DNA of 64,000 bases from Heptranchias perlo (GCF_035084215.1 NC_090351.1:32302001-32366000); one strand, 5' to 3'; shown: positions 1 to 17,699, numbered from the stretch's first letter. Translations and numbers: made by a program. The notes: generated by a model from the sequence alone, not told the origin.

Positions 1-480
1 ATGATCTGTGAAATTTATATACGTCCTTCTTATTCCTCCCTGTATCCCCTTGGTTGGCAGTGACTTTGCTGACTCATCCAACTGGTGATGAATGCAATGT
101 GTCTGGGAAGTAGGAGTTACTGGGTTTCCTCCTTCAGACCACTGACGAGCAGATCCAAGGTATAACTTACACAGTCTGAACCTAAATCAGCCTGAATTTT
201 TGTGCTCCCAGCTTCTTTCATATACTGTCTATTCCTGATAATTCAAAGGCCAAAAAAATTGCATTGTCCAATAATTTGAATTAAGCAACATTATATTACA
301 CAGCCAAGTGGGTATTTAGTGCTGAAAAATTACATTATAAGATCATTTGAATGAAGCAAATTTGAATTAAGAGGAATTACTATTTCACCTCAAGCTTCTA
401 TATACTTTCATATGATCAAGAACACCAAATAATCAGTGTGCTATTACCAGAATTACTACAATTTTCTATATTTACATCTA

Positions 481-3484
<3,004 letters not shown>

Positions 3485-3577
3485 CTTTGTCCCTTGGTGC
3501 AGTAGAATGGCTCCAACAGGGAAATGTCAGATGCTTCTACGAATATCAGACAAGAATGGTTTCTGGGATGTTGCTCC

Positions 3578-3584
3578 TTTTATA
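3578..3584 (-). promoter_or_regulatory. TATA box of leftward pepsinogen
   Basis: TATAAAA about 95 bp upstream of the ATG at 3484. Confidence 0.65.
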
Positions 3585-4274
3585 GCAATCGGGATCAATC
3601 CTATCCATTGTCTATAGATTCTGATAACAGTTCATGCGAATATGAGTTTTACCATAATCTGTAAATATCAAACATGATGACCTTGTGGAAAAAGAAGATA
3701 TTGCTTCCAATTTAAGCAACGCCAAACTTTGAAGTCACAATTTATTCCATTACTAAATGTCAGCAACAATTATTAATGCCGTTAGAACTGATAAAGAAAT
3801 CATAACTCTATTTACAGATTTACTAAAAATGATTTGGGTAATTATTTGAGTGTTGCAATTTGTACATGTGGCTTTAGAGACTGATAAGCAAATATTTAGT
3901 GCCTGTAGGACATTGAGGTCATTTTCCGTATGGTCAGTTGGCTGCTCTGTCAGACGCCTCTTGATTGGGCATTTGTCCCACAATTAATAGCATGTTGAAG
4001 TCACCAGAAATACATGAAAAAGGAGTTAGCAGTCTGTAATCCACAGCCATTTTAAATTTGTAGATACATCTGTTGGATTTGATCATCTGTGAGTTCCTGA
4101 TCTTCTTTTCTTTTCTATAAGTGTCTGAATTGCTTAGTTCGGTGGTAGATGTGGCTGCACCAATGAAATGAGTGTGTTGTGTCCTATTGCCATGGTTCCT
4201 TTTTAAGGATAACAATGAATTGATACCAATTTTGGGAAGCCATTGTTGTGATAAATAGATGGGTCAAACAGCAT

Positions 4275-4650
4275 GGAATCCACTCGCTCCACCACCGGTG
4301 CAGCATGGCTGCAGTGTATATAATCTACATGATGCACAGCTGCAGATCACCAAGGCTTCTTCAGCAGCACCTCCCAAACCCGCGACCCCCACCACCTCGA
4401 AGGACAAGGGCAGTACAAGGTACATGGAACACCATCAGCTGCAAGTTCCCCTCCAAGTCACACACCATCCTGACTTGGAAATATATTGTCGTTCCCTCCT
4501 CATCGCTGGTCAAAATCCTGAAACACCTTACTTAACAACACTGTGGGAGCACCTTCACCAAATGTACTGCAGTGGTTCAAGAAGAAGGCCCACCATCACC
4601 TTCTCGAGAGCAATTAGGGATGGGCAATAAATGCTGGCCTTACCAGTGAT
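4275..4650 (+). mobile_element. L2/CR1-group LINE 3' fragment
   Basis: HSLHHRCSMAAV...FSRAIRDGQ homology to 692-1565. Confidence 0.85.
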
Positions 4651-4832
4651 GTGTTCTGGAAGCTATCCTTTAGTTCCCTATGTTTTTTCCTGAACACTGA
4701 AAGCCATTACAGCATTAACACACTAACTCAACCGCTATTCTACATTTTCACATCAAAGACGTGACTTGCAATTTTGAGTGCAATGTGATTGTCACAGAAT
4801 GCATGCCAATTATAAATGGGTTAGTCATTTAC

Positions 4833-4952
4833 CTGTCCACGAGGATTTGCCAGTATCCTTGTCGAGTGACGGGCACCCAGTTAACTTGACCGGTGTAGTG
4901 GTTTGGATCAACTCCACCAAATACAACTTCACTTCTGGACTGACCATCCTGT
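4833..4952 (-). pseudogene. Orphan pepsinogen exon 6 (intact frame and splice sites)
   Basis: [39 protein letters not shown], 120 nt, ttacag/gtaaat; no exons 7-9 found downstream on this strand. Confidence 0.85.
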
Positions 4953-5466
4953 CTGTAAAACAATTAAGTCAGAATGTTAATTTCAGCAATGGACTGTCTG
5001 ATATTGAAATGAGGATAAGCAAAGATTCAGAAATTCCTGATCCACAACATGTTTTTCTGGCTGGCACAATATGACATTAATCATAAGTCAATATTTTGCT
5101 AAATAAAAAATTTTGCATTTGATTCTCACTTTGCAATTAAACATTGTTCTTTCCATAATCCCTGAAAGAGATTGCAAATATCCAATTTGCCACTGTTGGA
5201 TCTATAAATCAATTAAAAAATCTATAGGAGTTGAATTTGTCCAATGGGATCCAGTTGGATGTGTTTAGAGCTTTGCTAGAAGATGAAGAAGTTACCTGGC
5301 ATGAAAACAGTTCATCCAATTAACAGGACAAACATAAAGAAGATCGAGAAAAGACCATTGGACCCATCAGCTTTAAAGAAAGAAGATTCTGTGGTGACCT
5401 TAAGTAAATACCCTATTTTATGCAGGGAACTACAGAGATAGAAGTACAAGAAGGTAAGAAAACTTA

Positions 5467-5667
<201 letters not shown>

Positions 5668-8015
5668 CTAAACAAAAGAGAACAGCTAACTCGTTCTGAA
5701 GAATTATTATACTGAGAGTCATCAACAAACATGTTACAGTATTGTTATCCAGGTCACACATTACTTTAACTTGATGAGTACACCAATAACGGGAAAATCT
5801 GATACGAAAGATTGCTTGTTCCTCGGGCTGATGCTTTACCAAATAACAAAATTCAGACTTGACTGGGCAGCAGCTTTATTGATATAGGGGCTGAAAATCC
5901 ACAGCTTTTCCTGAGCACTCCTGGCCTCACAGGAACCTGGTGTATCAATGGCTGTGGTATCCCCGGTCAGAGGTCGAACAAACAGTGCTTGTGGGCCCCA
6001 CTTGGGGCCCAGGGTGAGGTTGTGACCCTGAAGATTTGAGAATATTTTTTTTTAAATGTTGAAAGCAACCCCCAGGTGTATTGAAATCCTCCGACAGTTT
6101 ATTCTGTTCAGCTTTAGAGTCTCCCATCTTCACTAGCTTTGTATCATCCGCAATTTCAGAAGTATTGAAAGTGATAGGTCTATGATTTTTAGTTCTTTGT
6201 TACAGGACACATTAGGGCTTAACTATAAGGAATTGTCATAATGCTTGACCTTAATTTAAAAAATGAGATACTAGGAACGCCACATTTCTAAGTGGATCCA
6301 ATTAGTGGATTGGATGCTACAATCGCATGGGAAACTGACTAATTTCACCGGGCGCGTTTCCCACGCGCCCGATAGCCCCCCCGCCGGGAACCCGCAGCCC
6401 TGCTAACATCGGGCCCTATAACTTTGTCCTTGTGGAAGGGCACACTCTGACAATACGTGTTATTTAATCACTATCAGCTGACATTTCTGACAATCAAACA
6501 TTTTAAATAACAAGCTCCAAGCGTAAGACCTTAGAACTGATAAGAAAACCGCATGTATATTTGGAAAAAATAAGATAACATTCATTTCTTACGATTTGAA
6601 CTTGCCCTACAGGCATATTAACCATACGCTGTAGTTTATCAAATGTAACTGTTTGACTCTTTGAGGATACTTATTACGTATGTTATAGAAACCTAGAGCT
6701 GTGCTTCAAGGGTGAGGAACGCATGTGGCAGTTTGTTGCTTCACATGAGATCTCAGGCTCTGGGGAAGCTCATTTATTTTGCTTTCACTGAGTTACCTAA
6801 AATTTTCAAACTAAGGCCACACGAGAAACCTGGGAGCTATGGGAGGACATGGTCAAATCCTAGATTTTATCTGGGATGTGTAGCAGCTTTAGGATCTACT
6901 TAAGGATAGCTGGGAGACTCAGTGAGCCTACCTCAAAAGTGGAGAGAGGCAAAGTTGTCCACGGTCGCACATTTTATTCAATGTCTTAACCATTGACGTG
7001 TTGGCTGGCTTTGCACTGGAGATGTCTGTGCCAAAGAACGTTGGCATTTCTTTTCACAGCTGATGTGTTGATGCTGGACAGTGCAGTCCACTCCCCATCT
7101 TGAACAATGCACTAACCAGTACAGTATGGTGGTGAGCCCAAGTGGGGTATTATGGCCTGCACCATTCAAAAGGGAATCTGCAAAAATACTAATTAAAAGA
7201 TGTAAGGGCCATCTGTCCCAATTATTCATTCATATTACTACCTGGAGTTCTGGTGGATGCCAAGTTTAGCTTGGACATAGCTCTTTGGGACCACAGTGAA
7301 AAGAGACAAAGGATGTTCTCGCCTTTCCTTAGTGACAGCGAAGTTCTAATGCAGTTAAGCTTATGACATATAAGATGTGTATCCAAACAGTTCTCCTTCA
7401 TTGCTTGGACTGCAATGGGCTTACTTTGGCCCATATTTGAGATCCAAGGCCAAATTGTGAGGTGGACATGTTGGCAAAAAGGAAGGAAGGGACTCTTCCC
7501 TACACTGATCTGTTATCATGCACCCTGGAGAAGGACCCCGCCTCATGGTGAGCGTGCCACTTTGGCAGATCTCTTTACATGAGGACCTAGATAAGCAGTT
7601 AGACTTGGATATCTTGAAGTGCATTGCTCCTGTCCACTCCCAGGAGCACTAGGATTTCCTGACCTGAGCCCGATTAATGGCCCTTGGGCATCCCCAGATC
7701 TGCCCCCTGGTAGGTCTTAGCACCAACAGAAAAGGGCAGGAAATTAAAGTGCTGCTGCCGGCCTCTCATAGCCTCAGTTTTGGAATCTTCTGGACGCTGA
7801 TGAGATCAGCAGCCAGAATGTTCTAATTAGACCTACACATCTGGATTGGGTGGAGAGATTAAAGTTCAAAAGAATTGCTGACCTTTGAATTTTTAGCCTG
7901 TCTTGGGTTACTCCAGTCAGAAGGAGTTCAGGGGGCAGGCTAAAGTGTCATGTTTCGCTGGGCACCTCTGCGCTGGGGATCCTAGCCAGCCTTCCTGAAG
8001 GAAAATGAGGAGCGA

Positions 8016-8480
8016 AAAAAAGAAAGACTTGCATTTATATAGCGCTTTTCACAACCTCAGGACGCCCCAAAGCGCTTCACAGCCAATGAAGTATTTTTTG
8101 AAGTGGGTCACAGTTGTAATGTAGGAAACGCGACAGCCAATTTACACACAGCAAGCTCCCACAAACAGCAATTTGATAATGACCAGATAATCTGTTTTTA
8201 GTGATGTTGCTTGAGCGATAAATATTGGCCAGGACACCGGGGAGAACTCCCCTGCAATTCTTCAAAATAGTGCCATGGGATCTTTTACATCCACTTGAGA
8301 GGGTAGACGGGGCCTCAGTTTAATATCTCATCCGAAGGGCAGCACCTCCAACAATGCAGCACTCCCTCAGTACTGCACTGGAGTGTCTGCCTAGATTTTG
8401 GGCTCAAGTCTCTGGAGTGGGACTTGAACCCACGACACCTAGACTCAGAGGCAAGAGTGCCACCAACTGAGTCACAGCTG
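8016..8480 (-). mobile_element. tRNA-derived Deu-domain SINE (SacSINE1-like), near full length
   Basis: tRNA-like head (actcagttggt...ggttcaagtcc), central gtggatgtaaaagatcccatggcact, tail gcgctatataaatgcaagtctttc; many copies in window. Confidence 0.85.
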
Positions 8481-9013
8481 ATTGTAGCTAGAATGCTTCC
8501 ACCCTCCTTAAACCCTCCCATTAGGATGTATGGGTCTAATTCAGATCTTCTGGTGCTGATTGCGTTTTGAAGGCTAACATACCTGAGGGTCCTTCATCCC
8601 CACCCCTAACCCCCCTAGAAAAGCCGTGGAAATGTCAGGTGAGGTAAAAGGGCCAGGCACCGGGTGAAACAGTTCTCCACCCTCTTTTTTCCTGACATTT
8701 ATGCCCCGGAAAAATGGGGTGTACCCAGTGACAAGGGTCTGGGAAATCTACTCATAACTGTAACTTTGGTGTAAAGTGAAACAGGTTTGCACCTACACTA
8801 CACTTGTAGAGTAAATATTTCTGGTCACAGCCGTTGTTTCTGTATAGTAGTTAATCTATTTCTGTTCCAACTCATGGTGACTTCTGTCCAGTTATCAACT
8901 AGCAATCATTTAATGTAAAGTTCTGGTTAATTGTAACCTGCTGACTTGCTGTAAGTTACAGTTTTCTCCCTCAATTGACACAGTTGCTGAAAACTGCCAC
9001 TGTTTTCCTCCAG

Positions 9014-9103
9014 TATTATATAAATCTGTCCAACATTCCTGACGTGGTCTCCAAAATCAATGGAATCGACATCCCTAATCCTTCCTCTGCTTACACATTG
9101 AAG
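9014..9103 (+). pseudogene. Decayed pepsinogen exon 8
   Basis: YYINLSNIPDVVSKINGIDIPNPSSAYTLK; 90 nt versus 99 nt, conserved Cys lost; ccag/gt borders kept. Confidence 0.8.
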
Positions 9104-9769
9104 GTGCATGTTAATGTTGTGATCATAATGGGCATGATTTTAACCTCCAAGATTGGGTGGGTTGGGGGGCAGCAGACAAAATTGATGTTTTTAGGAGCGG
9201 CAGAAATCCCAACTCCAACCCACCCATTTTTGCATTAGACCCAGGCAGATCTGTGTGTGCGCACAGCAGTCACCAGGAAGTCCCGCCCCCATTTAAATCC
9301 GGTGGGCCGATACTTAAAGGAGCAATGTACCTAATTAAGATACTTAAGGTACTTTATATTTTGTGTATTGGACACTTAAAATGATTTTAACCTTACCTGT
9401 TCGGGTTTCTCATCGCTTCAGATTCACGCCAGGTGAAAGCAGGCAGGAGGGGCCAGACCCATGAACAATACAGTAAATAAATTAAATAAAATGACATTTT
9501 CCATGAAAAAAATTAACAAACATAAAATCTTAAAATTGATGCTGCCTGGAGCCCCCAGTTTCCGATCTCCGATTTTGGCTGGAAGACACCACACCACCCT
9601 CACCCCCCCCACCCAGATCTCCGATGTCAGCTGGAAGAAACCACACCACCTCCCCCCACCCCTCATCTCCGATGTTTCCCAAAGTCCATTGATCTTTCTC
9701 TCTTTCTCCCGCCCCCCTCTCTGACGTGCAGTTTCTCGAACTGCCGACAGGCAGCCGGCCAATCAGGCT

Positions 9770-9910
9770 GGACATAACCTACAAGGCTACGGACCAAGTG
9801 CTGGAAAGTGGGTTTTGGCTGGGTAGCTCTTTTTCGACCGGCACAGACATGATGGGCCGAATGGCCTCCTTCTGTGCAGTAAATTGTTTCCAATGTTTCT
9901 ATGTTTCTAA
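9770..9910 (+). mobile_element. CR1-group LINE or related SINE 3' tail
   Basis: ggcacagacatgatgggccgaatggcctccttctgtgc followed by tatgtttc-type repeats. Confidence 0.65.
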
Positions 9911-10424
9911 GCAGTATTCTGATTCAATATAGAACTGCAGTGTATTAAATCAATTACCATGTTCTCCTTTTGTAAAGATCGCCTGATCTTTTGAATCAGA
10001 AGATTGTCAACCAGCTTTAAAAGGATTTCCAATTATAAAGCTCCTGGGGTTAAAACACCAACCTTAGATCCTATTATTGGAAACCCAGCTCTGGGGGCTG
10101 GAACTATTCAATGACTATCACCCCACCCATATAACCACTCCCTAACAGACACTCACAGGATACCAATAATCTACCATGGAGTGTTTCTGGATCCTTTTTA
10201 GTACAAATAGAATTTGCCTATTGAGAGCTTGCATCTCACTAAACATTCCCTAGGGTTTACAAGAATTTTTATCAAATCATCTCTTTTCAAATTTGTTATA
10301 CATTTACTTATTATGATTATTCACTTTAACTACAGTTTTATATTTTCTCTGGGTGTATTATGTGGCAACAATTAAATAGTAAAGTTAAATGTCAATCAGA
10401 AAATAACATTTACAATAAGTTTGA

Positions 10425-10664
<240 letters not shown>

Positions 10665-10774
10665 TTTATTCATCTATATTCTCATTGAAAGCACACCCTG
10701 ATTCCCATTTTCAGGTTGACGTAACCCATCACGTGATCCCCCAATGCAGCAATTGACACCTGGCTGCACAGTGT

Positions 10775-10975
10775 TTTTTTTATTCATTCATGGGATGTGG
10801 ACATCACTTGCAAGGCCAGCATTTATTGCCCATCCCTAATTACCCTTGAGAAGGTGGTAGTGGACAGCCTTCATGAACCGCTGCAGTACATGTGGTGAAG
10901 GTACTTCCACAATGCTGTTAGGTGGGAGTTCCAGGATTTTGACCCAGCGACGATGAAGGAATGGCGATATATTTC
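10775..10975 (-). mobile_element. L2/CR1-group LINE 3' end
   Basis: Same tail as 692-890. Confidence 0.85.
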
Positions 10976-11352
10976 ACCTCTCCGTCAGTAAGTTGTGGGC
11001 TTAAGCTTCACTCCAGAAACTTGAACCTATAATCTAGGCTGATTCCTCAGCGAAGTATCGAGGAAGTACTGCACCGTTGGAGATGCCATCTTAGGTGGAC
11101 GTAAAAGATCCCATGGCACGATTCCGAAGAAGACCTGGTCAGCATTTATCCCTTGACCAATGTCACTAAAATAGATTATCTGGTCTATTATCTCAATGCT
11201 GTTTGTGGGATCTTGCTGTGTGCAAATTAGCTGCCATGTTTCCAAGCATAACAACAGTGACTACATTTCAAAAGTACGTTATTGGTTGTGAAGCACTTTG
11301 GAATGTCCTGAGAACATGAAAGGCACTATATAAATGCAAATTCTTTCTTTCT
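10976..11352 (+). mobile_element. Deu-domain SINE, 5'-clipped
   Basis: Homology to 8016-8480. Confidence 0.8.
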
Positions 11353-12252
11353 TATAAACTTCTATGATTTGATGGTACAAAATTATTTAGAAACTAATAA
11401 GAAAAACAACTGAACTGAAAGTATTTTGTTTCCATAGTTGTCTTAACCCTCTGGTGCAACAATGTATCATTACACAAAAGGAATGCCTTTGTTAATGGAA
11501 AAGGTCATGCTTCATATTCGTACACCTTATTGAATAAATATTCGATAAGGTGCACCTATTAATGATTACGGTTTGATGACTGATAAAAAGCATCCATAAA
11601 TATACTTACCAACTTGATTAACATGTTTCTGATTAGACGTTCCTAATGGGTCAAATATCCTTGAAACTAGTATACCATAGTTTAAAAAATGTAACTCTTC
11701 AGCTTATTGAAGATTTAACCTGGATTTCCAAAGAGCTTGATTAATTAAATTGAATTCTTTGAGGAAATTACCAAACATGTGGTCTATTTTGACTCAATTG
11801 GCATAGAAGGAACATCAACATTTGATGATGATAATAAACTAGGGGGTAGCGTAAACTGAGAGAAAGAATACATGAGACTGGAGGAGGACAAAACATTTTA
11901 TTGGACACTCTGGGAGATGATAGTGGTTTAGAGGTCATATAAGTGAGAAATACAGGACAACGTAGATAAATGTAAAGTAGTAAGTTTTGAGTAAAGCAAC
12001 AGAGAATGAAAATATACTCTTAATGGTAAAATTCTCAATTGGGCAGAGGGACAGAGGGACCCAGGGTTTCAGATACACAGATCTTTAAAGCCAATGTTAC
12101 AGGTGGAAAGAGCCATTATGAGGAGAACTATGATTCTAAATTTTATATATATTGAGGCATTGGCAAGGAGGTGGCAAATCTGTACAAAATATTAGTTAGA
12201 TTACAGTCGGAATAAATTATAGAAAAGGAATTGGAACTATGGATAAGACGCA

Positions 12253-13960
12253 ATGGGGGTTAAATCCGATAACCTCCGGAACCGAGCGCGGGAGCGGCAG
12301 TGCACGATTAACCTACGGCCCGTGTTTCCGATGCAGGCAACACGAGACATTCGTTCTGCATCCTTATTACCATGATTCCCCACGTGCAGCCAACGTTACC
12401 TGCGCGGTTGAGTGGCTGCATGCACTAGCAGGAGTCCTGATACGAGGCGTGGCCAGCACTAGTTAAGGGCAGCCTGCACCTCTTAAAGGGGAGGTACACT
12501 GTCAATGGTAGCAGTGCAGGATGGCAGGCAGAATGGCTGGAGTGGCAGGAGAGCGTGCCCCGAGGTTCTCCGAGAATGCACTGGAGGCCTTAGTGGAGGG
12601 AGTGGAGTAACGGACAGCCATCCTGTACCTGCAAGTCGGAGTTGGTGGTGGTTTTTATTTATGCGATGAGCTGCGGGAGGAAGCAATGTGTAATCATACA
12701 GAGGGCGATTTAATGATCATGTGGGAGAGGACAGGTGGGGAGTGTAGGACTGTTGGTGACTTGGGAGGTGTCATTGACGTTACTGATAATGCTCATGAAT
12801 TAGGTGAGCACGCAGAGTCCCAGCAGACAGGGCCTGTGCTCCTTGTTGCTTTCTTGTGTCTTCCTCCACTTCCTCCTCCTCCTCCGCCTCTCCCTCCTCT
12901 TCAGCCTCTTCCTCTACCTCTCAATGGGGAAGTCTGCAATGTGAGCAAATCCTCGTGCTTGCTCGTTCTGCTTCTCTCCATCGAGAGGGAGCGTTATGAA
13001 TCTGTTGCGCAGCTCGTACAGTGCCCCTGTGACCTCCCTTATGCAGCAGTGCACTGCAAACTGCGAGATGTTGCACAGATCGCCAGCAGAGGCCTGAAAG
13101 GATCCAGCACCATAAAAGTTCAGTGTCACTGTTACTTTCACAGCCACAGGTAATGCTGGCCTTGCCCCGCTGTGAGGCTGTAGTTGTGGCTGCAGCTGGA
13201 GACATATCTCCGTTATGTCCTCTTTGGTGAACCTCAGCCATTGCATGCACTGATCCTCGTTCACGTTGAGGTAAGGGCATTGTTCCCTGAAGGCTCTCAT
13301 GGGATACGGTCTCCTCTTCAGTGCCCTGTGCCTCCTCCTCCTCCTCCTCCTCCCTCTCCTCACAGCTTGACTTGCTCTGCGTGGTCTCTCTGCACGCTCC
13401 CAGTCATGTTCTATGCCCAGTGGGAGTCCTAGTAGATCACCCATGGTTGCCAGGAATCTTGTTCAATACACTGTTGTAAATTACACCATCAGTAATGCAG
13501 TACCTGCTAAACCACTCTCTATATAGCATAGCAACTCTCTCTAAATATAGGAAGCTTGAACAAAAATGTCCAATTGTGCCAGCAGCCAGAAGCAATAATC
13601 CAGCAACTAACCTGCAACACCTGCATGATCCCTTCAAATAGCACTGGTGAAGGGTCCTCCAGGTTGACTAAGTCATGTTCAGCTGTTCGTGGCTAAGACA
13701 ATGCGTTGGCTGGTGCGTTGAGTGCCAAAATAGTATCTATCACTTTAAATCAGCATTGCACACTGATCTAATGCATATTCTCCTTACGTTACATGAAGCT
13801 GGGGTTTGTTATCTGTGCCTGTTTGAACCCCTTTATCAAGATGGCGTCCGGCGCACGTCACACTAAAAGCATACGCGTGCATTCTGGTCGCCATTTTGGA
13901 ACCTTAGGAGGCCGCGTTACGCCGAAAAAACGGCCGCTACATGGCTGAATTTTTAGCCCA
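12253..13960. mobile_element. PIF/Harbinger DNA transposon remnant (transposase on -, Myb/SANT-like gene start on +)
   Basis: ORF 12914-13444 (-) LRFTKEDI...LNFYGAGSFQ...ISQFAV...ARGFAHIADFP resembles the HARBI1/Harbinger transposase N-terminus; + strand 12521-12610 MAGRMAGVAGERAPRFSENALEALVEGVE* resembles a Myb-like ORF; apparently nested in an old CR1 fragment; ends approximate. Confidence 0.8.
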
Positions 13961-14719
13961 ACATAGATCCAGTAGGATAGCACCAGAGATGAGAGGATCC
14001 AGTTATGATAAGTGACTTGAAAAACTGGGAAGATTAAAAGGTTCAACATTTGAAAAGGGTACATAGAGAAAGATTATTTCCACTGGTCAGTGAATCTGTG
14101 AGAATGGAAGATAAATTTAGTACTAGAAGTAAAAAAGAGGAAGGTTGGAAGATTTTTTTTCCACACAAAGGGTGAACATTGCTGTGAGTATTTATGCTGC
14201 AGGGTCATTTTAAGCAACAGAAGGAGATATGTTACCAGTTTACAAAGCTGCAATGCATTGCTGCATCGTTCAAATAACACACGCAATGTTTGTCCCAGCC
14301 ACGGATTTCCTATCTTTTACGATGGATGGTTAGTAGGGCACCAAGGCTATCTATTGCAGACCTGGCCCAGGACCATTTGACACATCCAGGGACTAGACCT
14401 GAACAGAAATACAATGAAGTGTCTTTGTCTAGGGATAACAAGAGCATTTCATGGATAATAAACCACATGATGGTTGCACAGGAGATTGACTGCAGGCCTT
14501 TGAAAAGTAATCTCAACCTTGAAGAATTAAAGGTTTTTGTGTCATTGGTGGAGTAGATAAAATCTGATTCAGTGGTTCAACCACCTGTTATCTCACTACA
14601 TCTTACATCACCGTCTCACAGATTGTCCAATAACAAAGTTGGTAACATGAAGAACATATAAATTATCCACATAACAAAGAAACAACTTTTGGAAGAATAG
14701 GTTTTGCTGCCATGAGCTT

Positions 14720-16250
14720 TTCTTTTATTCGTTCATGGGATGTGGGCATCGCTGGCAAGGCCAGCATTTATTGCCCATTTCTAATTGCCCTTGAGAAGGT
14801 GGTGGTGAGCCGCCTTCTTGAACCGCTGCAGTCCGTGTGGTGAAGGTTTTCCCAAGTTGCTGTTAGGAAGGGAGTTCCAGGATTTTGACCCAGCGACGAT
14901 GAAGGAATGGCGATATATTTCCAAGTCGGGATGGTGTGTGACTTGGAGGGGAACGTGCAGGTGGTGTTGTTCCCATGTGCCTGCTGCCCTTGTCCTTCTA
15001 GGTGATAGAGGTCGCGGGTTTGGGAGCTGCTGTCGAAGAAGAATGGTGATTTGCTGCAATGCATCCTGTGGATGGTACACACTGCAGCCACGGTGCACCG
15101 GTGGTTAAGGGAGTGAATGTTTAGGGTGGTGGATGGGGAGCCAATCAAGTGGGCTGCTTTGTCCTGGATGGCGTTGAGCTTCTTGAGTGTTGTTGGAGCT
15201 GCACTCATCCAGGCAAGTGGAGAGTATTCCATCACACTCCTGACTTGTGCCTTGTAGATGGTGGAAAGGCTTTGGAGAGTCAGGTGAGTCACTCACCGCA
15301 GAATACCCAGCCTCTGTCCTGCTCTTGTAACCACAGTATTTATGTGTCTGGTCCAGTTAAGTTTCTGGTCTATGGTGACCTCCAGGATGTTGATGGTGGG
15401 GAATTCGGCGATGGTAATGCCGTTGAATGTCAATGGGAGGTGGTTAAACTCTCTCTTGTTGGAGATGGTCATTGCCTGGCACTTGTCTGGCGCGAATGTT
15501 ACTTGCCATTTATCAGCCCAAGCCTGGATGTTGTCCAGGTCTTGCTGCATGCGGGCACGCACTGCTTCATTATCTGAGGAGTTGCGAATGGAACTGAACA
15601 CTGTGCAATCTTCAGGGAACATCCCCATTTCTGACCTTATGATGGAGGGAATGTCATTGATGAAGCAGCTGAAGATGGTTGGGCCTAGGACACTGCCCTG
15701 AGGAACTCCTGCAGCAATGTCCTGGGGCTGAGATGATTGGCCTCCAACAACCATTACCATCTTCCTTTTTGCTAGGCATGACTCCAGCCACTGGAGAGTT
15801 TTCCCCCTGATTCCCATTGACTTCAATTTTACTAGGGCTTCTTAGTGCCACACTCGGTCAAATGCTACCTTGATGTCAAGGGCAATCACTCTCAACTCAC
15901 CTCTGGAATTCAGCTCTTTTGTCCATGTTTGGACCAAGGCTGTAATGAGATCTGGAGCCGAGTGGTCCTGGCGGAACCCAAACTGAGCATCGGTGAGCAG
16001 ATTATTGGTGAGTAAGTGCTGCTTGATAGCACTGTCAACGACACCTTCCATCACTTTGCTGATGATTGAGAGCAGACTGATGGGGCGGTGATTGGCTGGA
16101 TTGGATTTGTCCTGCTTTTTGTGGATAGAACATACCTGGGCAATTTTAACATTGTTGGGTAGATGCCAGTGTTGTAGCTGTACTGGAACAGTTTGGCTAG
16201 AGGGGCAGCTAGTTCTGGAGCACAAGTCTTCAGGACTACAGCCAGGATGG
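14720..16250 (-). mobile_element. L2/CR1-group LINE, reverse transcriptase region plus 3' tail, disrupted
   Basis: NHRPISLLSIISKVME, QFGFR, LDIKVAFDRVWH, GVPQGSVLGP; FADD decayed to FPED; stops and frameshifts. Confidence 0.92.
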
Positions 16251-17194
16251 TGTGACCCATTTCTCTGCCCATTTTGGGTCAGCTAAATTAACAGATGTGC
16301 ATTGGAGCAAGAAATAGTCAATTAAATATTACACATTGCAGAACGGGCGACAGGTTATCAAGCAAAGAAACAGTTGATAGTCCTGTGTAAAGGCAGTCAT
16401 TCCTCCTTAATGGAAAAAAACGGCTAGAGCTTCTTGGGCAACAGAATAATACAGGGTATTGGCCATTAAATGGCGAATAAAGTGGATGGCATATCTTACA
16501 AGAACCAACAGGAAAACACGGGACATTTGGCTGTGTCATATCAGTTCATTTGCCTCAGAAGAACATGATGGGAGTTACCCAGAGGTCTCCAGTATGGCTT
16601 TATGTGCAATGTGCACATTTCCTCTTTTGTCTCCAAAAGAGCTTAGACACATGTTGAGGTTCTCATTTATTGGTAGCTGCTGAATTCACCCACGTGGCCA
16701 TTCTTGACTTGAGCTTTTACGGTGAGTGCAAGTGGGCTGTTGGGCATAGGGGCGATCACAGCAGAGCCTAATCCTCTCCTTATCCAATGTCCACAGATGC
16801 AACCTTCCAACAGAGTCCAGTGGATAACAATCAAGAGTGGGAATCTTGGCGTTGTCCCTTTCTTGGGCTGGAAATTGCTGGAATCAATTGCATGACTGCG
16901 ATTGAAATCAGCTAACACACAAATATAGACACTATTGTTTTGAAGGCAGCAGCCAGTTTGCACACAGGAAAGTTCCACAAACAACAATGAAATGAATGAC
17001 CAGTTAATCTTTTTTGTTCCTGTTGGTTGAGGGATGAATGTTGGGTAGGACATTGGGAGAATCACTACCCTTCTTTGAAAAAGCCCACCTAACAGGGAGT
17101 CGGGCCCACAGTTTAATATCTCATCTGAAAGACAACACCTCTGATAATGAAACAGTCCCTCAGTGTGGCACTGAACTGCGAGCCTAAATTATTA

Positions 17195-17575
17195 CATAGA
17201 ATCTACAGCATAGAAACAGGCCAACTGGTCTATGCCGGTGTTTATGTTCCAGACGAGCCTCCTTCCACCCCTCTTCATCTAACCCCATCAGCATATCCTC
17301 CATTCCTTTCTCCCTCATGTGCTTATCTAGCTTCCTGTTAAATGCATCTGTACTATTCGCCTCAACTACTCCAAGTTCCACATTCTAACCACACTTGGGG
17401 GAAAAAAAATTCTCCTGAATTCCTTATTAGATTTATTAGTGACTACCTTATATTTATGGCCCTAATTTTGGTAGCCCCATAAGTGGAAACATCTTCTCTT
17501 TGTCTGCCATATTGAACCTCTTCATAAGTTTAAAGATCTCTCATCGGTTACCCCTTAACCTTATCTTTTCTAGAA
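17195..17575 (-). mobile_element. CR1 LINE 3' fragment nested in a SINE
   Basis: VVEANSTDAFNRKLDKHM; absent upstream of copies 2 and 3. Confidence 0.75.
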
Positions 17576-17699
17576 AACACACTCAAGACCTCGACTGGCG
17601 CTTAAAGTCATTACTTTATGATTCAGAGGTGAGATTTCTACCACTAAACCAAGCTCTATGCACATAATATTCTCCTGTGGTGAAATGACTTTTCTAAAT

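Noticed and set aside
8016-8480. tRNA genes at SINE heads (also 21165, 23063, 34478)
   Set aside because: The tRNA-like A/B boxes run straight into SINE body sequence; no proper cloverleaf
12686-13432. Poly-proline ORFs on + strand
   Set aside because: They arise from (cct)n tracts within the Harbinger remnant
12914-13444. HARBI1 host gene
   Set aside because: Truncated before the catalytic DDE region and embedded in a transposon-like context
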